Shown here piece after piece: positions 44,859-54,075 of a stretch of DNA of 64,000 bases. Position numbers and translations under genes: made by a program. The notes beneath the pieces are model-generated. The model searched no databases. It was not told the origin of the DNA and was given only the letters and a program-made list of their open reading frames with translations. How positions within the stretch are numbered: position 1 is the stretch's first letter; every line of letters begins with the position of its first letter. The stretch lies in the NCBI GenBank assembly GCA_963816355.1, contig CAWFKH010000003.1:1312001-1376000 (forward strand), in the 5' to 3' direction. The DNA is from an uncultured Gemmatimonadales bacterium (GTDB taxonomy: Bacteria > Gemmatimonadota > Gemmatimonadetes > Longimicrobiales > RSA9).

Positions 44859-46297
44859 CGCTCCTCCTCCCCGCGCAGCCGCTCGACCAGCGCGTGGGCC
44901 GCCGTGGTGATGCTGCCGGCGCCGAGCATCAGGCAGAGGTCACCCGGACGCAGGGCGCCCGCGAGCGCCTCCGGAAGGGTGTCGACCTCGGCATGGTAGT
45001 GGACCTCACGGCCGCCCGCGTCGCGCGCCGCGCGAGCCACGATCTCGCCGTCGACGCCCTCGATCGGCGCCTCGCGCGCCGGATAGACGTCGGTGACCCA
45101 GACCTGGTCGGCGCGCGCGAGGGCGGCGCCGAAGCCTTCCGCGAAGTCCCGCGTCCGTGTGTAGAGGTGAGGCTGGAAGGCGGCCACGAGGCGCCGGTTC
45201 GGGTGCGCCGCGCGCGCCCCGGCGATCGTCGCGGCCACCTCCGTGGGGTGGTGCGCGTAGTCGTCCACCACCAGCACGCCGCGCGCCTCCCCCAGTTCCT
45301 GAAAGCGCCGCGCGACGCCGCCGAAGCCGGCCAGCGCCCGCGCGGCCACGTCGAACCCCACGCCGAGCTCGAGTGCGGCGCCGGTCGCACCGAGGGCGTT
45401 GCGCAGGTTGTGCACTCCCGGCACGCGCAGCACCAGCTCGCCGAGCGATTCCCCGTCGCGTTGCACGATACAGCGGCTGCCCCGCCCGCGCGTCTCGACG
45501 TCCACCGCGCGCAGGGCGGCGGCGCGGTCCAGGCCGTAGCCGACGCGCCGGCCGCGGCCGAAACGGCCGAAGCGGGCGAGCAGCCGGCGCGCGCCCGGGT
45601 CGTCGACGCAGGCGAGCAGCAGGCCGTGCTGCGGGAGCGGCTCGAGGAACTCGGCGAAGGCGTCCTCGATCGCCTCGAGCGAGCCGTAGACGTCGAGGTG
45701 GTCCGCCTCCACGGTCGTGACCACCGCGATGCCGGGGCGGAGCGTATAGAAGGAGCGATCGTACTCGTCCGCCTCGACCACGAAGAGGGAGTCGGAGCCG
45801 CTGCGCAGCCCGCTGCCCCACGCGGGCACCTGTCCGCCGACGAACGCCGTCGGGTTCAGGCCGGCTTCGGCGAGGACGGTGGCGGTCATCGCCGTCGTCG
45901 TCGTCTTGCCGTGCGTCCCGGCGACGGCGACGACGGTGCCGCGGTTGACGATCGCGCCGAGCGCGGCGGCGCGCTTCAGGACCGGGATGCCGCGGCGCCG
46001 TGCCTCCGCCAGCTCCGGGTGCTCCTGCGGCACGGCCGCGGTGGTGACGACCGCCACCGCCGTGGCGACGTGGACGGGATCGTGGCCCTGCCACACCTCC
46101 GCGCCGAGCGCGCGCAGCGCGTCGCCGGTCTCTCCGGGGTTGACGTCGCAGCCGCTCGCCCGGCCGCCGCCTCGCAGCACCAGCTCAGCCAGACTCGCCA
46201 TCCCCGCCCCTGCGACGCCCACGAAATGGACGACGCCGGTGCGGGAGAGAGCGAGCAAATCCGTGGGAGGACGGCCGGCGCCGTTGCCGCCGCTCAT
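44855..46297 (-). CDS. murC: UDP-N-acetylmuramate--L-alanine ligase
   Basis: HFVGVAGAGM, GTHGKTTTT, EADEYD, DDYAHHPTE, FQPHLYTRT. Confidence 0.96.
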   Translation of the reverse strand: MSGGNGAGRPPTDLLALSRTGVVHFVGVAGAGMASLAELVLRGGGRASGCDVNPGETGDALRALGAEVWQGHDPVHVATAVAVVTTAAVPQEHPELAEARRRGIPVLKRAAALGAIVNRGTVVAVAGTHGKTTTTAMTATVLAEAGLNPTAFVGGQVPAWGSGLRSGSDSLFVVEADEYDRSFYTLRPGIAVVTTVEADHLDVYGSLEAIEDAFAEFLEPLPQHGLLLACVDDPGARRLLARFGRFGRGRRVGYGLDRAAALRAVDVETRGRGSRCIVQRDGESLGELVLRVPGVHNLRNALGATGAALELGVGFDVAARALAGFGGVARRFQELGEARGVLVVDDYAHHPTEVAATIAGARAAHPNRRLVAAFQPHLYTRTRDFAEGFGAALARADQVWVTDVYPAREAPIEGVDGEIVARAARDAGGREVHYHAEVDTLPEALAGALRPGDLCLMLGAGSITTAAHALVERLRGEEER

Positions 46298-47424
46298 GGC
46301 GCAGCCTCCAGCAGCTCGAGCAGCTTGCGTGCGATCTGGCGCGCGGCGTCGGGGCGGCCGCGCTCACACGCCCTCTCCGCCAACGCGCGGCGCCGCTCGC
46401 GGTCCTCCGCCAGCCGGCTCAGCTCCGACCACAGCCGCGCCGGCGTCGCCTCCGCCTGCGGCAGGTGGACCGCCGCGCCGGCTTCGGCGAGCGCCTCCGC
46501 GTTCAGCCGCTGGTGGTCGGAGGCCGCCGTCGGCAGCGGGACGAGCACCGCCGGCAAGCCCCAGGCGAGCAGCTCGGCGGTCGTCATGGCACCCGCACGC
46601 GAGAGCGCGAGGTCGCTCGCGGCGAGCGCGCGCGGCATGTCGTCGAGGTAGCCGACCACACGGACCCACGCGTCGAGGCCGAGCGGCTCGAGACGACGGC
46701 GCACCGTTTCCAGATGCGCCGGACCGGTGGCCCAGAGAAGCTGCAGCCCCGCCGGACGCCGCAGCTCGCCGGCGGCGACGGCCTCGAGCGCGCCGGCGAG
46801 AGCATCGTTGATCGCCGCCGAGCCCTGGCTGCCTCCCACGACGAGGGCGACGACGGCGTCGTCGTCCAGGCCGAGCTCGCGGCGACACGCGGCGCGATCG
46901 AGGCCGGGGTCGGGGGGCCGGATCGGGTTGCCGAAGGCGTACACCTCCGCTCGCCGCGCGGGCCGCAGCCACCGTGCGGCCTCCGGGAAGCCGAGGTGAA
47001 TCTGGCGCGCGCGGCGGCTGAGCAACCGCTGCGTGAGACCGGGATACGAGTTCTGCTCCTGGATCGCCAGGGGCACGCGGCGGCGCACGGCGTAGGCGCC
47101 GGCGAAGCCGCTCGCGTAGCCACCGGTGCCGACGACGAGCCGCGGGTCGAAGCGGCGGAAGACCGCGCGCAGGCCGAAGAAGCTGCGGATCGCCGAGGGG
47201 ATCAGCCGCCAGTTGCGCCACGGCCGCTCGCGTCGAAGCGGCTCCAGGGGCAACAGCGTGTACGCGACGCCGCGCTGCGGCAGCACCGTCGCCTCGACGC
47301 CGCGCCGCGCGCCCACGAAGTGGAGCGCGATGCCGGGACGCTCGCGCTGCAGCGCATCGGCGAGCGCGAGCGCCGGGTAGAGGTGCCCGCCCGAGCCGCC
47401 GCCGGCCAGCAGAACGCGGCTCAC
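46294..47424 (-). CDS. murG: MurG glycosyltransferase
   Basis: GGGSGGHLYP, GTGGY, EQNS, GNPIR, GGSQG, SRAGA, HQRLNA. Confidence 0.96.
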   Translation of the reverse strand: MSRVLLAGGGSGGHLYPALALADALQRERPGIALHFVGARRGVEATVLPQRGVAYTLLPLEPLRRERPWRNWRLIPSAIRSFFGLRAVFRRFDPRLVVGTGGYASGFAGAYAVRRRVPLAIQEQNSYPGLTQRLLSRRARQIHLGFPEAARWLRPARRAEVYAFGNPIRPPDPGLDRAACRRELGLDDDAVVALVVGGSQGSAAINDALAGALEAVAAGELRRPAGLQLLWATGPAHLETVRRRLEPLGLDAWVRVVGYLDDMPRALAASDLALSRAGAMTTAELLAWGLPAVLVPLPTAASDHQRLNAEALAEAGAAVHLPQAEATPARLWSELSRLAEDRERRRALAERACERGRPDAARQIARKLLELLEAAP

Positions 47425-48608
47425 CGCGCGGCCTCCACGCCGGCGCGGGCGACGCTCATCAGGATCCCGACGGCGACGAGGCAGACGAGCAGGCTCGAGC
47501 GGCCGTAGGAGACGAACGGGAGCGTGACGCCGGTGGTCGGAACGAGCGCCGTGTTGACCGCGACGTGGAGCAGTGCCTGCACGACGATCAGGTTCGTCAT
47601 GCCGATCGCCAGGAGCTGCCCGAACAGGTCCGGTGCCTGCCGCGCCACGCGGTAGCCGACGAGCGCGAACGCGGTGTAGGCGAGCACCAGCAGCACGGTC
47701 CCGACGAAGCCCCACTCCTCCGCGATCATCGCATAGATGAAGTCGTTGTGGGGCTCCGGCAGGAACCCGAACTTCTGCTGCCCGGCGCCGAAACCGCGGC
47801 CGAGCGCGCCGCCACTGCCGATCGCGATCAGCGCCTGATTGATCTGGTAGCTGATTCCCGCCGCGTCCTGGCTCGGATCGAGGAACGCCGCCAGGCGACG
47901 GAAGCGGTACGCCACGCCGGACACCTGCGACCAGAGCAGCGGCAGGCCGACCACGCCGAGCACCAGGAAGTGGCCGATGCGGCCGCCCCCGGCGAACACC
48001 ACCAGGCCGCCCAGCAGCAGCACGATCATCGCCGCCGACAGGTTCGGCTCCGCAAAGATCAGCAGGTCGACCGCGCCCCAGACCACGAGGAACGGCAGCA
48101 GCCCGCGCGACAGGCTGTGCAGCTTCTCCTGCTTCTTCACGACCAGCGCCGCGGTCCACGCGATCACCGCCACCTTCGTCAGCTCCGACGGCTGCAACAC
48201 GACCGGTCCGACCGCGAGCCACCGTCGCGCGCCGTTGATGCGCGGCGCGATCGCCGTCGTCCCCGGTACGACGACGACGAGCAGCGCGAGCGCGCACGCC
48301 GCGAGCAGCGGCCACGCGAGCCGCCGCCACCAGCGGTAGTCGATCTGCGCCGCGCCGACGAGCAACAGCAGGCCGCCCGCTCCGCCCAACGCCTGCCGCA
48401 CCACGTAATAGTAGTCCGGCAACCCGCTCGACTGCGCCATCACGGCGCTCGCGCTGTAGACGGACACCAGACCGAAGCCGAGCAGCAACAGCGTGAGCAG
48501 CAGCAGCACCGGCGTCTCCCAGCCGATGCCGAGGCGCGACATGCGGCCGCCGTTCTCCAGCTCCCACGCCGTGGCCGCCGGGGCCATCACCGCCGCATCA
48601 GGCGCCAT
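47421..48608 (-). CDS. ftsW: SEDS peptidoglycan polymerase FtsW
   Basis: NGARRW, QPSELTK, YQINQAL, GSGG, LPEPHNDFIY, LPFVSYG. Confidence 0.96.
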   Translation of the reverse strand: MAPDAAVMAPAATAWELENGGRMSRLGIGWETPVLLLLTLLLLGFGLVSVYSASAVMAQSSGLPDYYYVVRQALGGAGGLLLLVGAAQIDYRWWRRLAWPLLAACALALLVVVVPGTTAIAPRINGARRWLAVGPVVLQPSELTKVAVIAWTAALVVKKQEKLHSLSRGLLPFLVVWGAVDLLIFAEPNLSAAMIVLLLGGLVVFAGGGRIGHFLVLGVVGLPLLWSQVSGVAYRFRRLAAFLDPSQDAAGISYQINQALIAIGSGGALGRGFGAGQQKFGFLPEPHNDFIYAMIAEEWGFVGTVLLVLAYTAFALVGYRVARQAPDLFGQLLAIGMTNLIVVQALLHVAVNTALVPTTGVTLPFVSYGRSSLLVCLVAVGILMSVARAGVEAAR

Positions 48609-49992
48609 GCGACGCCTCCTCCCACGCCCCGGCGAGGCGGCGGAAACGCTCGCCGCGCTCCTCGTAGTCGCGGAACATGTCGAAGCTCGAACAGGCCGGC
48701 GAGAGCAGCACGACATCGCCCGGCACCGCCGCTTCCGCCGCGCGCGCGACCACCTCGTCGAAGTCGGAGCCTGCCATCTCGACCGGGAGCCGGGCCGCGA
48801 GGTCCGCGTCCACGATCGACGCCGCCTCGCCGTATGCGATCACCTTCTTCACGCGCCGGGCGTCCGGGAGCAGCTTGGTGTACGGTTCGCCCTTGTGGCG
48901 GCCTCCCAAGAGGAGCACCGTCGGCCGCGTCATGCTGCGCAGCGCGACGCGCGTGGAGTCGATGTTCGTCGCCTTCGAATCGTTGATCCACAGGACGTCG
49001 CCCGCCTCGGCGACCGGCTCGAGGCGGTGCGGCAGCGGACCGAAGGAGCGCAGCCCCTCGCGCACGCGCTCGATTGGCGCGCCCGCCGTCAGCGCCGCCA
49101 GCGCCGCGAAGAGCGCGTTCGCCTGGTTGTGGACGCCGAGGAGCTGCAGCTCGTCCGGCCGGACCAGTTCGAGGATCCGGCCATCCAGCCGGACGCGCAG
49201 CACGCCGGCGTCGATGAAGCCGCCCTCGCCGCTCGCACGCGCCGCCGTCGTCCACACCTGCAGCCGCCGCCCCGGAGCGTCGCCCGCCAGCGCCGTGACC
49301 TCCGCCTGCTCGCCGTTCAGGATCCACACGCTCGCCGGCGTCGCGTTCTCGAACAGGCGCGCCTTGTCCGCGTAGTAGGCGTCGACCGACGGATACCGAT
49401 CGAGGTGGTCCGGCGAGAGGTTCGTCACCGCGCCGATGCGCGGCGCGAAGGTGTCGATCTCCGCGAGCTGGAAGGAGCTGGCCTCCACCACGACCCAGTC
49501 CGGCGGATCCGCCTGCAGCGCCACCTCCGACAGCGCGCGACCGATGTTGCCGGCGGCGGGCGCGTCGAAGCCGGCAGCACGCAGCAGGTGCGCCGCGAGC
49601 GCCGTCGTCGTGGTCTTGCCGTTGGTGCCGGTCACGGCGATCACGGGCGCGCGCAGGTGGCGGAAGGCGAACTCCAGCTCGGAGACGCGCGGCACGTGGC
49701 GCACCGCCTCCGACGCGAGCACCGGCGCGTCCGGTGGGATGCCGGGGCTGACGACGACGAGGTCGCACGCCGCGACGCGCGCCTCGTCGTGGCCGCCGGT
49801 GTCCGCCTCGCCGCCCGCACGCCGCACCGCGTCCGCGGCTTCGCGCAGCGCCGCGGAATCGCCGGCGTCCGAGGCGTAGACGGCGTGGCCTCGCGCCAGG
49901 GCGAGTTCGGCGGCGGCGCGGCCGCTGCGGGCGAGGCCGAGCACCGCGACGCGCGCCTTGCGCCCGGCAGGACGTAGCGCGTCGCCGCTCAT
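48598..49992 (-). CDS. murD: UDP-MurNAc-L-Ala--D-glutamate ligase
   Basis: GLARSG, SPGI, TGTNGKTT, SSFQL, DHLDRY, NDSKATN, LSPACSSFD. Confidence 0.96.
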   Translation of the reverse strand: MSGDALRPAGRKARVAVLGLARSGRAAAELALARGHAVYASDAGDSAALREAADAVRRAGGEADTGGHDEARVAACDLVVVSPGIPPDAPVLASEAVRHVPRVSELEFAFRHLRAPVIAVTGTNGKTTTTALAAHLLRAAGFDAPAAGNIGRALSEVALQADPPDWVVVEASSFQLAEIDTFAPRIGAVTNLSPDHLDRYPSVDAYYADKARLFENATPASVWILNGEQAEVTALAGDAPGRRLQVWTTAARASGEGGFIDAGVLRVRLDGRILELVRPDELQLLGVHNQANALFAALAALTAGAPIERVREGLRSFGPLPHRLEPVAEAGDVLWINDSKATNIDSTRVALRSMTRPTVLLLGGRHKGEPYTKLLPDARRVKKVIAYGEAASIVDADLAARLPVEMAGSDFDEVVARAAEAAVPGDVVLLSPACSSFDMFRDYEERGERFRRLAGAWEEASHGA

Positions 49993-51095
49993 CGGATCTT
50001 CAACGTCGTGAAGGCGATCAGGCTGCAGAGGATGCCGAGGATCCAGAACCGCGTGATGATCTTGCTCTCGGCCCAGCCCGCCTTCTCGAAGTGGTGATGC
50101 AGCGGCGACATCAGGAAGAGGCGGCGCCCGGTCCCGGTGCGGCTCGCCGAGTACTTGAAGAAGCCGACCTGCAGGATCACCGAGAGCGCTTCCGCCACGA
50201 AGACGCCGCCCACGATCACCAGCAGGAACTCCGACTTGAGCAGGATGGCGACGGCGCCGATCGCGCCCCCGAGCGCGAGCGAGCCGGTGTCGCCCATGAA
50301 GACGTCGGCGGGATGCGCGTTGAACCAGACGAAGCCGAGCGTGGCGCCGGCCAGCGCGACGCAGAAGATCGCCAGCTCGCCCGAGCCGGGAAGGTAGAAG
50401 AGGCCGAGATAGCTGGATGTGTCGACGCGGCCGATCAGATAGGCAAAGACGGCGAAGGTCGCGGCGGCGATCGCGGCGAGGCCGCCGGCGAGGCCGTCGA
50501 GGCCGTCGGAGAGGTTGACCGCGTTCGAGCTGCCGGCCACCACGAACATGCACCACGGGATGAAGAGCACCGTCCACATCTCGACGTGGTGCTGCGAGAA
50601 GAACGGCAGGCTGGTCCAGCCGGGCGGGACGTCGCCGATCGGCCAGCGCAGCAGCAGCACGGCGAGGACGAGGCCGACCAGCCCCTGTCCCACCAGCTTG
50701 TAGCGGCCGACCAGCCCTTCCGTGCGGCGGCGGATCACCTTCAGGTAGTCGTCGAGAAAACCGAGCGCGCCGGTCCACAGCAGCACGCCGAGCGCCATCA
50801 GCACCTGACGCGACGCGACGTCCGCCCACAGCAGCGTCGCCACCGCGGTCGCGAGGATGATCAGCACACCGCCCATCGTGGGCGTGCCCGCCTTCTGGAG
50901 GTGCGTCTGCGGGCCTTCCGTGCGCACGACCTGACCGACGCGCAGCTCGTGCAGCCAGCGGATCACGCCGGGGCCCATGGCGAACGAGAGGAGCAGCGCG
51001 GTGGCCGCGGCGCCGCCCGCCCGGAACGTGATGTAGCGGAACAAGTTGAAGAAAATGTGGTGCTCCGCGAGCGGGGCGAACAGGTGATAGAGCAT
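49989..51095 (-). CDS. mraY: Phospho-N-acetylmuramoyl-pentapeptide transferase
   Basis: KAGTPTMGG, GFLDDY, SNAVNLSDGLDGL, FMGDTGSL, PLHHHFE. Confidence 0.97.
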   Translation of the reverse strand: MLYHLFAPLAEHHIFFNLFRYITFRAGGAAATALLLSFAMGPGVIRWLHELRVGQVVRTEGPQTHLQKAGTPTMGGVLIILATAVATLLWADVASRQVLMALGVLLWTGALGFLDDYLKVIRRRTEGLVGRYKLVGQGLVGLVLAVLLLRWPIGDVPPGWTSLPFFSQHHVEMWTVLFIPWCMFVVAGSSNAVNLSDGLDGLAGGLAAIAAATFAVFAYLIGRVDTSSYLGLFYLPGSGELAIFCVALAGATLGFVWFNAHPADVFMGDTGSLALGGAIGAVAILLKSEFLLVIVGGVFVAEALSVILQVGFFKYSASRTGTGRRLFLMSPLHHHFEKAGWAESKIITRFWILGILCSLIAFTTLKIR

Positions 51096-52555
51096 CAGCC
51101 CTCCTCCGCCCCGACGGCGGCGCCGCGCGCGGCGTCGTCCTGGCCCCAGCGCTCGGCGAAGCGCGGCAGCAGCCGCTCCAGCGCGACGCCGCGCGAGCCC
51201 TTCAGCAGCACGACCTCGTCGCCGGAGAGCCGGCCGGCGAAGCGGTCGAACGCCTCGAGCGGATCGTCGGCCGCCACGAGCCGCGCGCCGAGCGCGCCGG
51301 AGAGCGGCCGGAAGGCGCGCACGAAATCGCCCGTCGCCACGACGAGGTCGACATCCGCCTCCGCGAACGCCCGCGCCGCCTCCTCGTGCAGCGCGGCGCT
51401 GTGCGCGCCGAGCTCGCGCATGGTGCCCAGCACGGCGACGCGGCCGCCTCCCCGCGGCATCGAGAGCAGCAGGTCCAGAGCAGCCGCCATGCTCGCGGGG
51501 TTCGCGTTGTAGCAGTCCACGACGACGCGCAGGTCGCCGAAGCGGCGAATCTCGCCGCGCAGCTTCTGCGGCTCCGCCGCCGCGATCGCCTCCACCGCCG
51601 CGTCGAGGTCGACCGCCCACGCCTCGGCGAGTCCGAGCGCGAGCAGCGCGTTCGTCACGTTGTGCCGCCCTCGGTACGAGAGCCGCACCTGCCGGCCGCG
51701 CCACGAGAAGCGCGCCCTTCCCTCCGCGTCGAGCTCCACGCCGGTGGCGCGCAGGTCGCGGTCGGCGCGCTCGCTCGCGCCCGCCACACGCACCCGCGTC
51801 GCCAGCGAGCGGGCGCGCGCCGGCAGCTCCGTCGGCTGATCGCCGACGAGCGCGACGCCGTCGCGCCCCAGGTGGCCGAGTAGCGACACCTTCTCTTCGA
51901 GCACACCCTCGACGCTGCCCAGCCCCTCGAGGTGCCCCGCCGCCACCGTCGTCACAATCGCGGCGTCCGGCTCGACGATGTCGCGCAGGCGGGCAATCTC
52001 GCCGGGCGCGTTGGTGCCCACTTCCACGACCAGCGCCTCCGTATCCTCGGGCGCCTGCAGCAGCGTGAGCGGCGCGCCGACCAGATTGTTGAGGTTGCCG
52101 GTCGTCGCGTGCACGCGCAGGCGGGTCGAGAGCGCGGCGCGTGCGAGCTCCTTGGTCGTCGTCTTGCCGTTCGTGCCGGTGATCGCGCAGACGCACGCGG
52201 CGAGGTGGCGGCGGCGCCAGCGCGCGAGGCGGCCGAGCGCCTCCAGCGTGTCCGGCACGACGTAGTAGGCGAGCGCCGGCGGCGCGTCATCGGGCACGCG
52301 TTCGACGACGGCGCCCGCGGCGCCGGCCTCGGCCGCGGCCGGGAGGAAGTCGTGGGCGTCGAAGCGATCGCCACGGAGCGCGACGAAGAGCGCGCCAGCG
52401 GCGAGCGCGCGCGTGTCGGTGGAGACGCCGGAGTATTCCGCGATCGCGCCGGCGGGCGGCAGGACGACGCTGGCCTGACCCTCCCCAGCCACCGGTACCC
52501 CACCGGCAGCAGCCAGACCGAGCGCCGCCCTGACCGTCCCATCCGTCCAGCGCAT
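51095..52555 (-). CDS. murF: UDP-MurNAc-tripeptide--D-Ala-D-Ala ligase
   Basis: STDTR, FDAHDF, TGTNGKTTTK, GNLNN, DCYNANP, MRELG, KGSRG. Confidence 0.96.
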   Translation of the reverse strand: MRWTDGTVRAALGLAAAGGVPVAGEGQASVVLPPAGAIAEYSGVSTDTRALAAGALFVALRGDRFDAHDFLPAAAEAGAAGAVVERVPDDAPPALAYYVVPDTLEALGRLARWRRRHLAACVCAITGTNGKTTTKELARAALSTRLRVHATTGNLNNLVGAPLTLLQAPEDTEALVVEVGTNAPGEIARLRDIVEPDAAIVTTVAAGHLEGLGSVEGVLEEKVSLLGHLGRDGVALVGDQPTELPARARSLATRVRVAGASERADRDLRATGVELDAEGRARFSWRGRQVRLSYRGRHNVTNALLALGLAEAWAVDLDAAVEAIAAAEPQKLRGEIRRFGDLRVVVDCYNANPASMAAALDLLLSMPRGGGRVAVLGTMRELGAHSAALHEEAARAFAEADVDLVVATGDFVRAFRPLSGALGARLVAADDPLEAFDRFAGRLSGDEVVLLKGSRGVALERLLPRFAERWGQDDAARGAAVGAEEG

Positions 52556-54075
52556 CACGAAGTCCCCTTGCGCGCGGCTTCGAGTAGCTGCGCGACGACG
52601 CGCTTCTCGTCGAAGTCGCGCTTCTCGGCACCGACGACCTGGTACGTCTCGTGACCCTTGCCGGCGAGCAGGATCAGGTCCTCGGCGCCGGCGATCTCGA
52701 GCGCCTGCGCGATCGCCTCGCGCCGGTCGACGAGCCGGAAGTGCTCCGCCCCGCCCATTCCTCCCTCGATCTCGTCGATGATCGCCTCCGGATCCTCCGT
52801 GCGCGGATTGTCCGAGGTCACGATCAGGACGTCCGCGCCGCGCGCCGCGACCGCGCCCATCAGCGGCCGCTTGCCGCGGTCGCGGTCGCCGCCGGCGCCG
52901 AAGACGAGGATCAGGCGACCCTTAGTCAGCGGACGCAGCGCCGCCAACGCGCGAGCGAGCGCATCCGGCGTGTGCGAGTAGTCGCGCAACACCGGGCACG
53001 GCCGCTCCGCGATCCGCTCGAGTCGGCCGGGGACCTGGGGCGCGCTCCGCAGACCGTCGGCGATGCGGCCGGCGGCGTCGCCGAGCGCGATGCACGCCGC
53101 CGCCGCACCCACCGCGTTCGCCACGTTGAAGTCGCCGAGCAGCGGCAGCTCCGTCGGCCACGCCCACACGCCGCCCTCGGTGACGAGGTCGAAGCGCGCA
53201 CCGTACGGACCGAGCTGCAGGTGCTCCGCCCGGATGTCCGCCGTCTCGGTGCCGGAGGCGGAGAAGCCGAGCGTGCGCGGTGCCCGCTCCGGGACCTCGC
53301 TCCAGGCGACGTCGTCCACGTTGACCACGGCCGTCCCGTCGTCGCGGAGCAGGTCGAGAAGGGTCAGCTTCGCGTCACGGTACGCCTGGAACGTCCCGTG
53401 GTAGTCGAGGTGGTCGCGGCTCAGGTTCGTGAAGACCGCCACGTGGAAGCGCAGCGCCTCGACGCGGCCCTGATGCAACGCGTGAGAGGACACCTCCATC
53501 GCCACCGCCTCCACGCCCCGGTCGCGCAGCCGCCGCAGCGTGCGCGCGAGGTCCACCGGACCCGGCGTCGTGAGCGCCTCGCTCCCTTGCAGCGGCCCCT
53601 CCGGCAGCACGACGCCGAGCGTGCCGATCGAGGCAGCGCGGCGGCGGCCGGCTCCGAGCAGGTGGCGCAGCAACCACACCGTCGTCGTCTTGCCGTTCGT
53701 GCCGGTCACGCCCACCAGCGTCAGCTCGTCGGCCGGATCGCCGAAGACCGCCGCAGCGGCGATCGCCGCCGCGCGACGCCCGTTCCGCACCACCACCTGC
53801 GGCAGCGGCGCCGCCACCCGCCGCTCGACGATCGCCGCAACCGCGCCGGCGGAGGCGGATTCCGCGACGAAATCGTGCGAGTCGACGGCCGTTCCCACCC
53901 ACGCGCAGAAGAGATCGCCCGCACGCACGCGGCGACTGTCGTCGGCGATGCCGGTCAGCATCGGATCCTCCTCCGGCGCGTGCAGGAGCAGATCGTCCCG
54001 CTCGAGGCGCGCGACCACGCGGCTCAACGGAAGCTCCGCCGCCGGCTCGGCCGGCCCGCCGGCCTGACCATTCAC
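52555..54075 (-). CDS. murE: UDP-MurNAc-dipeptide--meso-DAP ligase
   Basis: TGTNGKTT, MEVSSH, NLSRDHLDYH, GDRDRGKR, SDNPR (DAP-type motif), GKGHETYQ. Confidence 0.96.
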   Translation of the reverse strand: MNGQAGGPAEPAAELPLSRVVARLERDDLLLHAPEEDPMLTGIADDSRRVRAGDLFCAWVGTAVDSHDFVAESASAGAVAAIVERRVAAPLPQVVVRNGRRAAAIAAAAVFGDPADELTLVGVTGTNGKTTTVWLLRHLLGAGRRRAASIGTLGVVLPEGPLQGSEALTTPGPVDLARTLRRLRDRGVEAVAMEVSSHALHQGRVEALRFHVAVFTNLSRDHLDYHGTFQAYRDAKLTLLDLLRDDGTAVVNVDDVAWSEVPERAPRTLGFSASGTETADIRAEHLQLGPYGARFDLVTEGGVWAWPTELPLLGDFNVANAVGAAAACIALGDAAGRIADGLRSAPQVPGRLERIAERPCPVLRDYSHTPDALARALAALRPLTKGRLILVFGAGGDRDRGKRPLMGAVAARGADVLIVTSDNPRTEDPEAIIDEIEGGMGGAEHFRLVDRREAIAQALEIAGAEDLILLAGKGHETYQVVGAEKRDFDEKRVVAQLLEAARKGTS